From assembly GCA_964035545.1 (NCBI GenBank), contig OZ037768.1, positions 9,952,741-10,016,740 on the forward strand: DNA of 64,000 nucleotides. The letters are read 5' to 3'. This document shows positions 27,301-42,300 of the stretch, piece by piece (the stretch's first letter is position 1; the number at the start of each line of letters is the position of its first letter). Under the pieces are notes generated by a model. That model saw only the letters and a list, made by a program, of their open reading frames with translations, was not told the origin of the DNA and searched no databases. This DNA comes from Bugula neritina (lineage: Eukaryota; Animalia; Bryozoa). Made by a program: the position numbers and the translations under genes.

Positions 27301-30300
27301 AATCGATGTGTGAAATTGATTTACAAATATCCTTACAGTATTATGGATAATTGATTAGCTGCAGTAGCCTTAGCATTGAGTTTCCAGTGAACTCAGGGTG
27401 CAACTACACTCATAGTTCGAACTGTTTGTGGTTTTTATTCTGCAGGTTAATGAAGTAGCACTGTTGTTCAAATCAATGAACCATAACCACAATTTAATTG
27501 ATTATACAATCAAGTTTTTATGGATGTTTTGATGAAAAGTTTAGTCAACTTGACATTGCCTTCAATTTTGCTCCAGTTTCAATGCTATTGTAGTTGAACA
27601 AATTGTAATATAAAAGTACTAAATTAATCTACAATAGAATAGTGTGTTGTGGTTTTCCAGGTGACTGAAAAACTAATTAATAATGAGTATGCAGGTTTTG
27701 ATGACTTCCAAATAATATTTCCATACTTGATTTAGATAGGTTGGTCTCGTGATATTAGTTGAAAAGGTAGAGAATTAGTTAGTTCAAAATATATATTCAA
27801 TATTATTCAGACCATTCAATACATATTACTTAATGTTAGCTGTGGTGAAGTTAATTTTAGAATAAATTCTAATTAAATTTAAAGTAAAGAATGAGATCAA
27901 ATAGCCATACTGTTAGCTACGTCACTATAATAACACCATAAGTTGCTAAAACTGGCGTTATGGTGGCTAAAAATTAGCCTTTATCTGGCCAGTTTTGGAT
28001 ACATTTATTCAATAATCAAATTTTTATCATATATATATATATGTGTGCGCGTGTGGTAGTTCATTATTGCTGGAGAAACAAAATTTTAGACATCGGGATT
28101 GTGATTGAATTTTAAAGTAGACAGTTTTGCTATTAATCAGTTGGAATGATTTTATAAACCAGTCTTCTAACTTCAGAAAATATTTACACTTTTAAGAAGA
28201 CAACTCTAAAATACTTGTATTTAAAGAATATTGCAATGTAAGTCCTGCTGTTAGTTTTGAAACAATTTTCTGACGCAACATATTGGTTTCATCCCAGATA
28301 GGCGCTTCCCACTTAGACGCTATTTTTTATTTTGGTATCTACATAGCTGTTGTATTGATTGCTAAATAGCTAATATGCTTATAGCTATAATAGCTAATAT
28401 AAGTTATTTGGAATAATAGCCCAATTTTCATGGATTTGTGTAGGACAAAAAACAGTAATACATTGATAATAAACATTATTTTTAATGAATACTTATTACA
28501 AAAGTATCTTTTCAAACAACAAGAAGTATAGCAAATGCAAAATAATAAGTTAATGCATATCAAAGGAATTTCTTTATGCGCTAAATAACAAGCAATTGAT
28601 CCAAGTTTATTTAAATATAGGTATATTTTGATAATATTCAAATAAATTGCACATTAAATATATATTGTACCCAAACAAATAAATAGCTTCAATATATTAT
28701 AGCTAATAAAAAGTTTATATTTCTATAAAACTTTATTTTGTAATAATGGAATATATCTTTATTATAAAAGTTATATGCAAGTACAACCCTTATCGAATAG
28801 CAGTTTAAATTGGCATTATCTTAAATGTTGGATGATTTTGAGGGGAAAAATTTAGACTGTAACACCATACATTTCTTAGAATTGCCTGTATCATTTTAGT
28901 GATTTAACAAATGTAGGATTTAATAGAATTAAGGCTTTTCTTGCTGTTTGAGTATCTAGTAATTAAGCTGTCAGCTCTAATGCAAATTTATTTTGATTCT
29001 TAAAGTCAGTGATGATTTATTCTTTTGGTAAAGGTTACCGTTTGCCAATCTACAGTTAAAGGCTCTGGCTATTTATACTTCAAGTGTCAGAATTCACTTT
29101 ATACTTATATAAAATGTGCAAGCTGGTATTTTGACAAAGATTATGTGGGTATAAGTGTAACTGTCAAGTTTTATCATTTGCTCAGCTAGGGTGAGCTGCT
29201 TTTAATATAAGGTGTTATCAGCGTGGTAAATGTAGCGTGGCATCTTCTAGGTAAACATTCACCATTTTATAGTATTATAGCGTTGTTTGACTTATACAAC
29301 AACTACACTATTTTTTATCCAATCTTTCACTTAAATAGCAATGTAAGCTAGTTTCTATTGACTCATAGACAAGGTGTTATATATGTCATACCTGTAGCAC
29401 TACACATAACAACACGCTGTAGGCTATAGAGTAACCTCTCCTATATAATAGTTATATATTTTGGGTCCACAAACTGTTTCTGATCAGTTGAACCCTTTGG
29501 GGCTATTTGAACAAGATACTTAAATGATAATACTGAAAGGAACACTTGAAAAACCCTTTCTGTGCTGTACTTTGTAGCTCAAGTCACACAGCAGAATTTA
29601 AATTTCACACCAGAAGGTCAGGGTAAAAAGTAAGTAAAATGGCTGTAGTAACGGTGTTGATGTTTACTTAAATAGCTGTGAAATCCTGCACCAATTTTTT
29701 TATAATATTGTGTACTACTTTTCATAATTATATAATATTTATTTATATTACTAAGTCAAAAATTGTGATGATTGTAGTAGCTTTGCTTCAAGTTTGAAGT
29801 AACAAAAAGCTTGAACTCCTGGAAATATAGGGAATAATATTGTAGTTGTGCCGATTGTAAAGTGTAAATCATTGTTCACCATTCAATAGCTCTTTATATT
29901 TGCATAATTTAGTGATATTAGCTTGCCGTATGCTATTTCATACAGTTTATGCTTTGTGTTATATAAAGTCTCACACTATCCAGATCAAATCTTTTGAAAT
30001 GGTACCTATTCTTTATTTTTGACTATAGGATTTGATTTCACCTCATTACACAAACTGCTTGCAATAAGCCAATAACTTGTAATTATGGGCGTGTCTTTTT
30101 CATATGGTATTTAGTGTAGAGGGATTAAAATACTCGGAACCTAGTGGTTAGTAAACTGGACTAGCTCAGTACGTACAACTTCTTCCTTCTGTAGGGCTCC
30201 ATATGGCGCTGCTGACAAAGCAGCCTGTAGACAGGCTTTGAGGCGTAAGAGCTCCAGGCTATCATGGATGCATTCCAACTACAGTAGCTTCAATTCTGAG

Positions 30301-33300
30301 TCCAGGTTTGTTCCATTTCTTCATTGGAGTGATACAGTTATTCTTTTAATTTCTTGTTCTCTTGAGTTGCCTTTTTACAACGAGTTTCTTCTATAATTTA
30401 CAATCTTTGACTGACTGACTGACTGACTGACTGACTGACTGACTGACTGACTGACTGACTGACTGACTGACTGACTGACTGACTGACAAAATGGCGGAAG
30501 GATTCTTAATTGTTATTTTACCTTCTTGCTAAACAACCTAAGTTTGGTTGAAAATTGAACTCTAGTAAATATATTGGAGAATGCATTTCACCATCCAGGT
30601 GGCTCAAAAAACTGATCTAAAATCGTTTTACCTGACAAGCTCATGGTATCGTCTAACGACATGCAAAGAGAAAGTCTTTTAATAGTAAAATTGTATAAGC
30701 ATCATTAATTTTTAGCTTTAATTTACTGCCCAGGTTTGCGGTGCTGTAGAGTTTAGACCAGCCAATGTTGGGGGGGGGGTAGAATGCATGTTCAACTGAA
30801 CCTGTCACTGCTACTTCAGAAATAAATAATTTGAAGAGTCTAAAGTAACTGGAAAAGCGTAGGAGTTGTTGTGTAACTTATTTATATTCAGCTGGCTTTT
30901 TACCAGCAATTTTTATCATAGTCAGTTTTTGCAGAAAATATTCAGGGGCTACTTATGTTGAGTTAATGATTTATCACTACCTTCTATGTTGGGTTTGTTG
31001 TCAGTTGACATAAAACAGTCATTGTTATGAATGTGACAGTTGACTATAACTACTTGAATAATGTTGAATTAATTAGTTGAAACTTGAATTTAGATCCTTT
31101 AAATTGTGGATGAATAACGCAGATTTATCTTTTTTATTTATATCAGCTACTGATTTCAGTCATCTAGTGTATTGACTCAATAATTATAAATCATGAAGCA
31201 TAATGTTAGCAGAGGTTGTATTTACTATTGGATGATCTAACAACCATGATGACCTAGAGTTATGCCTACTAGTAAAATTATTAAAATTTTTATATTCCGC
31301 AAAAAATATCTTTCCTTGAACAAGCCATTAGATATAAAAAATGCTTATACATATGATATGTATAATATGTTGCTATATAATAAAATATGCAAATAGGTAT
31401 GATTAGCATGCATTACAACTATTTCACACTATAATATACTACGATACACAATAATATACTATCACCGGCTTTCCATGGATCAATCTCAGATCGATCTCAT
31501 GGAAAGCCGGTGTGTGATACACTATCATATACTATGACACACTATCATATACTATGATACACAATAATATACTATGATGCACAATAATATACTATGACAC
31601 AGCGTGGTACAGGGAGGTAAATGCAGCAGCTGAACTACTAGATTAAGTAGAAAGTTTAGATTTAGTAGAAGGATTAGCTTTCTTAGCCAGATCTAGCTTT
31701 CACAGCCTATGTTAACGTTATTATAATATTTTTAGATCTGGCGATATAAGTGTAATTTAGACAATAATATATGGGTCAGCGGTTTAAACATTACCCACAT
31801 TTAGTGACTCTTGAAAAATATTAATGAAATAGTATAAGTACATCTATATTATAGTGTATCATAGTATATTATTGTGTATCATAGTATGTTATTGTGTATC
31901 ATAGTATATTATTGTGTATCATAGTATATTATTGTGTATCATAGTATATTATTGTGTATCATAGTATACTATAGTGTATCATAGTATATGATAGTGTATC
32001 ATAGTATATTATAGTGTATCATAGTATATGATAGTGTATCATAGTATATTATAGTGTATCATAGTATATTATAGTGTATCATAGTATATTATTGTGTACC
32101 ATGGTATATGCTTGTACAACAATACTGCGGTATAGATTACATCTATTTGCTAGAGTCATGTTATGTTGTAGTGACTTGGGGCAAATAGCTGCATTTAGAA
32201 GGTAAATTCTGTTAATAGACCAAGAGACAGTCTGATAGGAGTATATAAGCCATGCAGCGTCTTGTTGATATGATTGCTCTTTTTATCTTAGTTTGAAATC
32301 TTATCTATTATTTTATGTAATTTCACAATCTGAAAATAATTACTCAACTCTGGCTGTTTTTTGTCTGAATGGTGATGATTTTACTTCTCAGTATGGGCAC
32401 ACTTGTGATAGCCAGCCTACACTTGGTTATGTTTAGTTGGTAACTGAGGCTACAGTGGTGATAGCTGACCTATTTTCTGCTTGAAATATCCCTATTTTTG
32501 TCTCGTCTTATCACCTTCTGTTTACATTTTGGGTTTTGTTTTTAGTTACATACTTAGACTAGGCACTTTTGCTTTTCAGATATAAAAGTCAACCAAGTTG
32601 TGCTCAGTACTACTCACGCAATTTATAGTCAAAATCCCTGTGAGAAAACCCCTGATGAAAGGTTTTTTATTAAATCAGGCTTAGGACTTATTCAGATGAG
32701 GCACAGGAGCAATTGTGACTGGATGCTCTTCCTAACATCACCAATAGCCTTTACTCAAACCCATGACTTTGTGCTTTATAGGCAAGCGCTCTAACCCCTA
32801 GACCACAGCTACTCCCTCTTGTGCTCACTGCTACTAAGTAGTTTAAATTATCTGACATTATCAACTGCTTAGACCATTTCTAACGTTGAAAAACTATGTT
32901 TATAGTAATTCCATGTGAACTTTTTGCCCATAAGAAAACAAAGCATTGCAAACCCCTTAGTTAATACACATCATAAGTTGTAATTCAAATGATTTACAGA
33001 GTTGAAACATCATTACCAAATGTTCTTTGAATTTTGTATAAGAATTTAATCCCTGATTGCCTTTAGTTTGACTTTTAGTAACTGCGGTTTTCAAAGTTGC
33101 ATATGTTTTTGATGTTATATTGAGTTTATGTTGGAATGTTTTTGCTAATAGGCTGTCCACTGGATTGACTAGCAATGGTAAGAATGAGATGTATGTAAAC
33201 TAGCACATCTGCATGTACATGCAGCCTATTCTATATTTGTTTCATTATATTTATATCTTGTGGTAGTTGTACTTGCACTGGCTTTAGTTACACTGGCATA

Positions 33301-36300
33301 TCTATAACGTGCTTTACAAGTGTATCATTATTCTAGCTTCATGTTCTGTTTTATTGCTGAAGTCATTTTAATTATATATAAGCAGCCGACAGACAGGTAC
33401 AGGTACCCGCTGCCTTGATAGAATATAAAATATATTATCATGTTTTAATGGGCCTGTACCATTCTGTGTCCCATAATCCTACTATAAATCAGGAAACATG
33501 TATGAAACCAGGGCAAATTATTAAATATTTTATTCACATATTTACTGGGTATGTGAACTACTGGCATTTCAGCTAGCACTGTCTGTATGGCAACCTTCTG
33601 TTTATATTAGTCACTTGTATGTTGTATCAACCACTATAACATTAGAAAAGCACCCAGCATAAAAAGCCCACGGCCCTATAGCATCACACTATATTATATA
33701 ATAATTCAAAATTTCAAAACAAGCTCAGCTCTGTCATATGTGATTTCAAATAAAGTCAAAGCTGTGTCGTGTGTGTTATATCATTTGTATGATAGGTTTG
33801 CTTTCCTTTTTTATTTTATTTTTATTTTTTCTGTTATTTGTTTTAGAATTTAGACTATGCAATTGCAAATCTTGACATTTTTACGTCTGATATTCTTCCA
33901 GCTCTATGTGTTCAATATGCTACTCTGTGTTACTAGAGTGTCAGCTGTCATTAGAAATATGCTGGTGTTGTTTGTTGCAGTAGTATAGATATATTGCTAG
34001 AAGAGAGGAAAACTAACCCTGAGGAAGTCCTCATGAATTTAGGGTTCGGTGTATGTGACCCCTCCCTGGGAGCCAGGCTCCCGTCTAGGTTTCTGGCTAA
34101 TGAAACTTTAGCTTATGGTGTTAATGTGCAGAATTTCTTACGAGGTCATCCAGATATAAGTCTCTACCAGGACTCGGAGTTACCCCTCGGTGAGTGTAAG
34201 CAGTCAGTGAGTGTAAGCAGTCAGTGTGTGTAAGCAGTCAGTGAGTGTAAGTAGTAAGTGAGTGTAAGCAGTCAGTGAGTGTAAGCAGTCAGTGAGTGTA
34301 AGTAGTCAGTGAGTGTAAGTAGTCAGTGAGTGTAAGTAGTCAGTGAGTGTAAGCAATCAGCGTGTACATATTCCTTGAGCCTAGATGGTAGAATAACTTT
34401 ATTTTTGTTAGAAATCAGAGTTGAATATGCTATCGTGCACAGGTTTTAGGCTAGTAAATTTATATTATTGGAATACACGTGGAAACTTGAAATGTCATTA
34501 AACTTGTTGGTATAAAGAGGAATTCACTTCATAGTATTTTAACATGTCTCCCCTATCTTTCTTACTCAAACCCATGTCAATCAGTCTAGCTTAACTGTAG
34601 CAAAAGTGTTCCATTTTTATTTTTACAGAATGAGGGCGGCAAACAATAATTTGGTAAATAAAACTGATATTTAGCCCCCAACTAATCATTCTTTATATGC
34701 AAGTCTGATAATATGTTATTTAGCTTATGGAGAGATCTACACACGTCTGCCCTCCTACTACAGGCAGGTTGCAACCAACGAAAAGCACACATCATTGCAC
34801 AAGAACTTTAGCCAAAGTTCTCTAGACCTGCACAATGACCAGTCCTACGCCCCTCTAACAATGCACCAAAGTGAAGATGGCACGGTCTTTGCTAGTATTC
34901 TTACTAGATCAAACACTGAACAGCTAGAAAAGCAAGGTTGGTATGGTACAAACAATGATTCTGGTTTTGTTGTAGATCTGCATTGTAACACTTTACGTTG
35001 CAGATTTTCTTTTAAAATATAATTAATAACTATCAATCTAACCACTAGTAACGCATTCTATGGAGGGTTTCTTAATTAATAAGTTTTATGATAGATGTTT
35101 CTCTATATAATACAGTAGAGTTTGGGACGGTTGGTGAGGGCCCAGCCTCTCTGCATTAATCTGCGAAATATTATAGATGTTAGCTATCGTAACCATTTAT
35201 CTAGTATAAGTGTGACTAAAAGAAGCAATTCCATATTTCATCTTACTTTTTTTAATTAAAATGGATTAAATATCCTTGTTTGATTGCGGCCAAATGTATA
35301 TTCTCAGAATTCAGTTAAGTCTTTTTAGCTTTAGTATTCAAACATCTTCATCAATTATTTTTTGAGCAACTTAACATTTCAAATCTTAATAATCACAGAG
35401 GAGGTGAAATCTGAACAAATTGCCGAGTGTTTTTGGAAAGGGGTGACAACTTTTCATGTACCTTCCACCTGAGTAGTTAATGCATTCCCATTCGCTATAA
35501 TCACATCATTTTACTTACCTTTAAAAAGCAGCTGTTGCAAATAGCTGATTTACTGAATAACATCATTCGCCCCTTTCTCCTCCTCCCCTCTTTCTCTTAC
35601 CAACCTGTTTCAGTCTAACCAACACTAAAACCAATGTGTATTATTTAGCTCTCACCAATTTCCCATAGGTGAGTGTTTCAATGAAGTGCTGTTTAGTTGG
35701 AATGCATGCTCGAAATGTACATGTAACATTTTTTTAGCCTCAACATCCATAGGGTTTTGTTCTGCACACCTCTACTTGAAGCCTTCTTAAATTTGAATTT
35801 ATCTATTAATTTCCCCCAAACGTTGAGATTTTGTGCATGCATATTCAACTTCTATAGCTGTTCATATTTTACACATATTCTTGAATACCAAGTGATGCAC
35901 GCTGCACGTAATATGACTGACTGCAAATGTTTTCATATACACATCTAGTTAGTTTTTATTTCAAAATAATATGGTACAAACTATACTTGTTTTTAATTTC
36001 TGTTTGTAGATGCATGTAAATATCAATCATTTGGTGTGAAGATATTGTTGGTTGTAACTGTTTCTTGTTGTTTGTCAACTATTGTGCTATATTACATGTG
36101 CTGTAGTTATTAGTTTCTACTACAGGGCGACTTTATGTTCATATATTACGGAGTTATCTTTCCTATATTGTTTTATTGCTTATCCCTACATTATGTTGTC
36201 TTCTTTTACCTGCAAACCTTTTCAATTACTATTGCACCAGAGTAGCTGAAAGTCACTTATTTCAGTCCGCAATACTAAATTATGAGATAGTTTTTTCCAT

Positions 36301-39300
36301 ACCTTTTAATATATTCACCTTTACTCCGCAATTCCTAAATGAAGTTCACAGTAATCTGAATATTTTTATCCGTAGTTATAACCTATGTTCTTGCAATTTT
36401 ATGATCAGTGTATTTCCACGACATTATGTGCTTTTAGAAAATAGAGTGTTTTCTCCACCATTGCTAATATTAATAGTAGTCCTATTCAGCCACTGCTATA
36501 TATAAAGCTCTTTTCAGTTTTGTTGATGACATGTCTTCAGCAATAATCATATATTCATGATTTCTAAACAAATGTTAAATGCCATTCTTGGCACTTCACC
36601 TGCCAGGCTAACATTATTAATATCTTTTAATAGTACTTTCCCTTTTACCATGTTTTTCATTAAACTATTGTAAAACTTCGCCAACACCAAAAATTACATG
36701 TTTTATACGTTTTATATATTTATTTTAGGGTTCTACTCGGAGTATTCTTCTCAATCATCTCTACCTACCAACTCCAGCATGTCCTCCATATCAACCAATG
36801 ACTGTACAATAGACTCTGTTGACACACCCTCTCCCATTATACTAAACAACAACCCTTCTTCCCCAGACTCATGCAGGAATCCCTTCATCACCACCCAAAG
36901 CTCCGGTAGTGACTCTGTGTTCTCATCTACCGAGAGTTTTGTCGTAGACCAAAGAATTCGAGCAAAACTCGAGGCAATACACGAAAAAACAATTAATGAA
37001 ATGTGTGATGACGATTTGGAAGAAGGTATTTCATTTGTTTATCGTCGCCGTAGTGATGGCGATTTAGTACAAAACTCTGCCACTTCTGATATATGCGAAG
37101 AAGCGCCCCAAGAGAAAGTAAATATTCACGAGAAACGGAAGGTTTTTGCTCGTTTGAAGAGCCGTTCATACGATGAGGAGATGCTGACTCAGATGATAAA
37201 GGAGCAGCTGGATTCCGTGAACAGCAAAGAGTCCAGCAAATCGTCGGCCTCTCACAGTAACCCAACCCCCATGATAGTTACCACCGACACTAGTCAGGAA
37301 AAAGCTAAGGAGCCCTTCCTTCCCAAACAGTGTGATGGCTTACTGCAGGTAGCCATTCCTACAGCGTATTTCGTTACACTCCTACAATCACATTGTAATA
37401 AATGGTTTGAATTGAAAAGCAGTTCTAGTGATGAAATTTAAACGCATGAAAATCATACATCTCACCAGGTATAAATTATAGGTCTCTCTTTGTGAAACCC
37501 CAGTAACTGTTGTTGATTTGTTTATTTCTTGTTTAGGTTTCATTTAACCCGGAGAGTTTTGACAGTGTAGACAGCGATGCTGGTACCATAGTGCCGAGTC
37601 CTTTTGCTTCTCCTTGCCAGGGCATGTCTCCCAGCACCAGCAGAAACGGCTCCATCAGTCTTCTACCAGCCATGGAATCCTTTGAGCTGGAAGAGGTAAA
37701 AGTGTGTTGATATCTAACATAATACACATACATTACTCTGTGGTTGTTCTATCAGCTAATTATTCGACCAGTACTGAGAATGCACATGAATAACCAATGT
37801 TAAAAAGTTGTCTTCCCTTGAATATAATGTTCTGAATAATTTTGTGTGTCTCCTTTGTTGTTCTACTAAACATGCTGCATTTATGACACAATCAAGCATG
37901 CTACAGCACATTAAAATAACCAAACTAATAACACGGTCGGTTTTACTGAAGATACAGAGTTGTGATGCGGGTGCTTCTGGTACATCCGGGAATCACGGGG
38001 AAAATTCCTTGTTGGTGTTACCTACAAGTAAGCGGAAAAGAGCTAAACTACAGCGCTCCGTGAGTGAAAGGTCAGACTCTGACAGCAGTGGTATTGCTGA
38101 CATTGACTGCAAGTCTACTCATGGTCAGGTAGCGTGATACGAGCATCCTCTCATTTACCATGATATATATAAATGCGCTTTACTGCCTCTACTAATAATA
38201 AATAGTTTGCTGCAGTACATAAAGTAATTAATATATCGCTTTTTATATCAGTATATATTGTGTATCAGTATATAGTGTATCAGTATATAATGTATCGGCA
38301 TATAATGTATTAGTATATACTATATAATGTATCAGTGTATAATGTATCAGTATATAATGTATCGGTGTATAATGTATCGGTGTATAATGAATGTATCAGT
38401 GTACTATTTTTTACTTTCTGGTGATTTTCTTAGGCTGAAACTGCGGAATCTAAAGTACAAGTGGTTAGTAAATCTCAACATCTTATGCCTCGAAGTTGCT
38501 CAAAAGATGGCTCCATCACGTCCTCTACACTCACTCTAACCTCTGCCGTGTGCTTGGCACCTATCAATGCTAACGTAGAGCAGCGTTCCCGCCGGTGTAG
38601 TGATGGTGATCTCAGGTTTTACAGTGCTTCCAGTTCTATATCTACTAGTGCTCGCCAATCTCCACATTCCTTTGAAAGCAAACCATATAAAGATGCTTCA
38701 ATGCAAACTGATGACTATAGTTGCCATTCATGTGGTGGTGTTGTTGCTACCGGGCTGACAGAATGGCAAACTAACAACCTACCAAACTTAGCCTCTATTT
38801 CATCTACCAACAAAGATGACAAAAGTCCTATGGAGGATGCTTGTGATGTTTCTGTAAATGCACAACCAACGTTTTACATTACCACTGCTGATGATGATAG
38901 CTCACCTTTAAGGCACAGTTCTGCTGTGAATATTGACTGCTCTGGGGAGAGTATCTGTTCGTCTAGCTCAGCTGACAAGCAAACTGAGGTCAAACGAGAG
39001 CATAGTCTGTCTGTTCTCAGCACGGAAAGTTCCGGATCCAGTTTATTGGAGGATAGTTCTGACATTAAGGCTGCTCGTCGGTCTTCAAATGAGGTAAGCT
39101 AGTTCCGTGTTTGGAGTTGTCAGTGCCTGGTATAGCACATGAAAGCCTGTGCAAACCTTTTAACTATGAATTGTTTAAATGCACTAAACATTCTTAAAGG
39201 TGTTTCGTGCATTTAAAATGCTGACTTGCAATAGGCAGTTTTAGAATTTAATAATGAAGCTTGTATTCTTCAGTAAAATAATAAACTTCAATATAAGTAT

Positions 39301-42300
39301 CAAATGTAAATTAATTATTGGAACAATTTATTTTAAATTATTAAAGTTGTAGAAATTTGAAGATGCTAAATATACATTTTAGGGTTAGTTTTAAGGTAAA
39401 TGATAAATCTGTCACTGGAGTCCAAAAATTCATCAATAAACTCAACGTTAGGCGCCAAAATTAGAGCAACTACAGACAGATCCAGTTTAATTTATATTGT
39501 ATATACTATATAGGCCATCCGGTTGCCGCCTTTTGATTGTATAGATATAAGTCAGGGGTTAATAGTGGATCCTATTTTCAAATTCCTAATGAATATTCTA
39601 GAAGCAAGTAGAAGAAATATATTCAGAAATGGCTCAAGATTTGAAAATCCTTAAAGAATTGTTTGCCAAGTATAACATTAACCAGCCGGCATCCACAAAT
39701 TTCAGGTTTGTTTATAAAATGAAACCATTTTAGTAGACATAAATTTTAATTGTTAAACAGTATCATATTTTCTTAATCATTTTGAATTATTTCCTTCATA
39801 AATAGGATGCATAATTGTGTGAATGTATGATTATGCATATTTGATGACACAAGTTGTGGTCAGATTTCTTCCTTAGCCTTACAAATAGCTTCAAAATACT
39901 GATCAAATGCTAATGTATACGTACAAGTGGCCATAATTCTAGAACAGTTTGAAGATGCTTGCTTAGTATTTGGCTGTTATCTCTACCGTATATTTACGTA
40001 TGCTAGTGATGACTCTAATGGAGAAGCAGTAAAAGAGCACATAATCTCCAGCCTGCAGCTAGCTAGTGCCGCACTCTCCCCCACTTTCTCTCCAATTCAG
40101 TCTTCCAAACATTCCAAGTCCACACCTGTACATAGCAAGTGCTTTAAACCCCTCACTATTGATTGCACTGACAGCAATAAGCTGACAGATGCTGCCGATA
40201 ATCTCCCCGGCAGCAATCAGCCATTGAATGCGACGTGCACAAAGGTGAGTTGTTTCCTCAATATTTATGCACTTTTTGTGTTAGTATGCTTTCTACAGTT
40301 TAGTGTGAGCTCGAATTTGTTGTTCTTTTTAACCTCTAAATGTTAGGCTGTATCTTATGCTTTCAAGTTACCTACGACATTGACCGTTTCCTGACCTCAG
40401 ATATAGACTATGAGCACTGATTTACGTTTATTTGTATCTAATTCTACATTTATGTACTTTAAAGTATTCAAAAACAGTAATTATACAGTAAATGTTTTCA
40501 CTAAGAACAGGTGCAAAGTTGCAGCTTCTAACCTGTTTTTATATGGCAGTAACTATATTTTTACTTTTATGCAAAATATATTTACCTACAATGTGGGTGA
40601 TTATTTAGTATATCTTACAGTCAATCTCTGTACATGTGTATTGTTATGAAGGTTTTCACACTGAAAGATAGTTTGGTTATAGTTCTGAACTACGGTTTTA
40701 TTTTGAAGATATCAAACTATACGGACAGTTCTATAACATGTAGCAAGTTACCACAAGAAACAGAAAGCGTTATCAGCATGCCCAACTCTCTGTCTAGTAC
40801 ACCCAACAGTCGAACTCCTAGCTCAACAGCCTCTAGCTCTAACTCTAGGCTAAGCAATCAACTGAGGCTAGCCGAGTCTAAGCGACAGTATGAGGTTAGT
40901 ATGATTTATTGTTGACCTCAGGCTATGCTTAGCTGCATAAGCTCAGCAATCTTTTGCTAACTTTTCAAGTTTATTATTTCTATAGCACCCAAGAGAAAAA
41001 ATATCCATTTTAATAACCAGTTAACTTTGTAAATGAAGTTCTAGATTTTAAAAACACTTGTTTGAGCAGATGTTTATAACCTGTTGAGTTGTCCACATGG
41101 GAACTACAGCAGTTGCACTCAAAAATCCAAACATTAAACCAGAATTTAACAATCCAGGTTAAGCAAAATATACATTACCTTACAGCAAGCAGCATGTTAC
41201 ACTTGGTATCTGTATGTCACTAACGTCAATACAGTACAATGGTTAGCTTCTGATCACTTGCATTATCAACAAAGTCAACTAAAATTGTAGTTTTAAGTAA
41301 TAAATTCTTAAACACCAACATATTGCTAGCTACTTATGCTAACGTTTTGTGGGTGATGCTTATTTCGCAGTATCATTGAGTACTTCTCGTCCGTATTAGG
41401 TAAGTCTGCGTGACTGTATGTACACCTACACTTACATTATGACTGCATTCTGTATGCACAAATCCGCCTGTAAATTGTTTACGTGGTGTTAGTTGATGTA
41501 GATATGTTATAACCTAGTGTGTACACCATTCACATTAATTTAGATTATTTATTGTTTGTTATGTTTTTTTATTTAAAGTCATTTAGAACTGATTTTGTTC
41601 AACTATCTCACCTTTAGAATGTTCCTGCAATATGTCATCAGAAAATATGGCAATTTTTTGCATTCAAAAATGCAGTGTGTTGCTTCCATGACCCAACATC
41701 ATGCAATTTGATAGCTAATAAAGACTGGTAATCTGTCGAATATATTGTGCTCCTTGTTTGAAAATTACAAAAGCAATTAATTGGAGACGGTGCAAAAATT
41801 TTACATTAACCAAAAATGGTTTTGTCTACATGAAAATTGTGCATGTGATGTTGCGTAAAGATTCCAGTATTGTGCTACTAGCTGTTATTATTCAGGTTGT
41901 TGCATGTGATATGTGTATAAAGTAGATGAAATTACATTGTTAACACACTTCCCTTAGATACTTTAATATCATCATGTGATATTTTTGCTAGTTTTACTGG
42001 TTGTTTTTTAAATATTTCACATTCATTTTTACTCAATGCTTGCTGTGAAATTCAATTTCTTACTAATTCATTTCGAGCTGAATGGTGGCCAATCATCTTA
42101 ATATTTTCGGTTTTTTATGTTATTTGTAGCAGATCATTGATTATATGCAATCCATAAGTTCTGTTGAGAAGCTTAGGGATTGTGGGTAATATGTACTCAT
42201 ATAAAGTCTGGAATAAAATTTGTTTAACTAGTCTGCAGTTATGATGTGTCATGAAATGGGTGAGGAAATTGTTACTTGAATTGTTTTAGAAGAAAATGGC

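Noticed and set aside
31846-32110. Regular repeats (also at 34190-34359) resembling a CRISPR array
   Set aside because: Head-to-tail units with no unique spacers, no cas genes, and a eukaryotic intron context.
32740-32815. Possible tRNA gene on the minus strand
   Set aside because: The T arm and B box are degenerate and the sequence runs into a repeated body, so it is a SINE head.
39400-39562. GGGGTTAA piggyBac-like right end
   Set aside because: No matching TTAACCC left end was found nearby.
41371-41399. Alternative ITPRID terminal exon (YH*) with a GTAAGT donor
   Set aside because: Possible, but the 42130 and 43412 exons give a longer phase-consistent ending. It cannot be excluded without RNA data.
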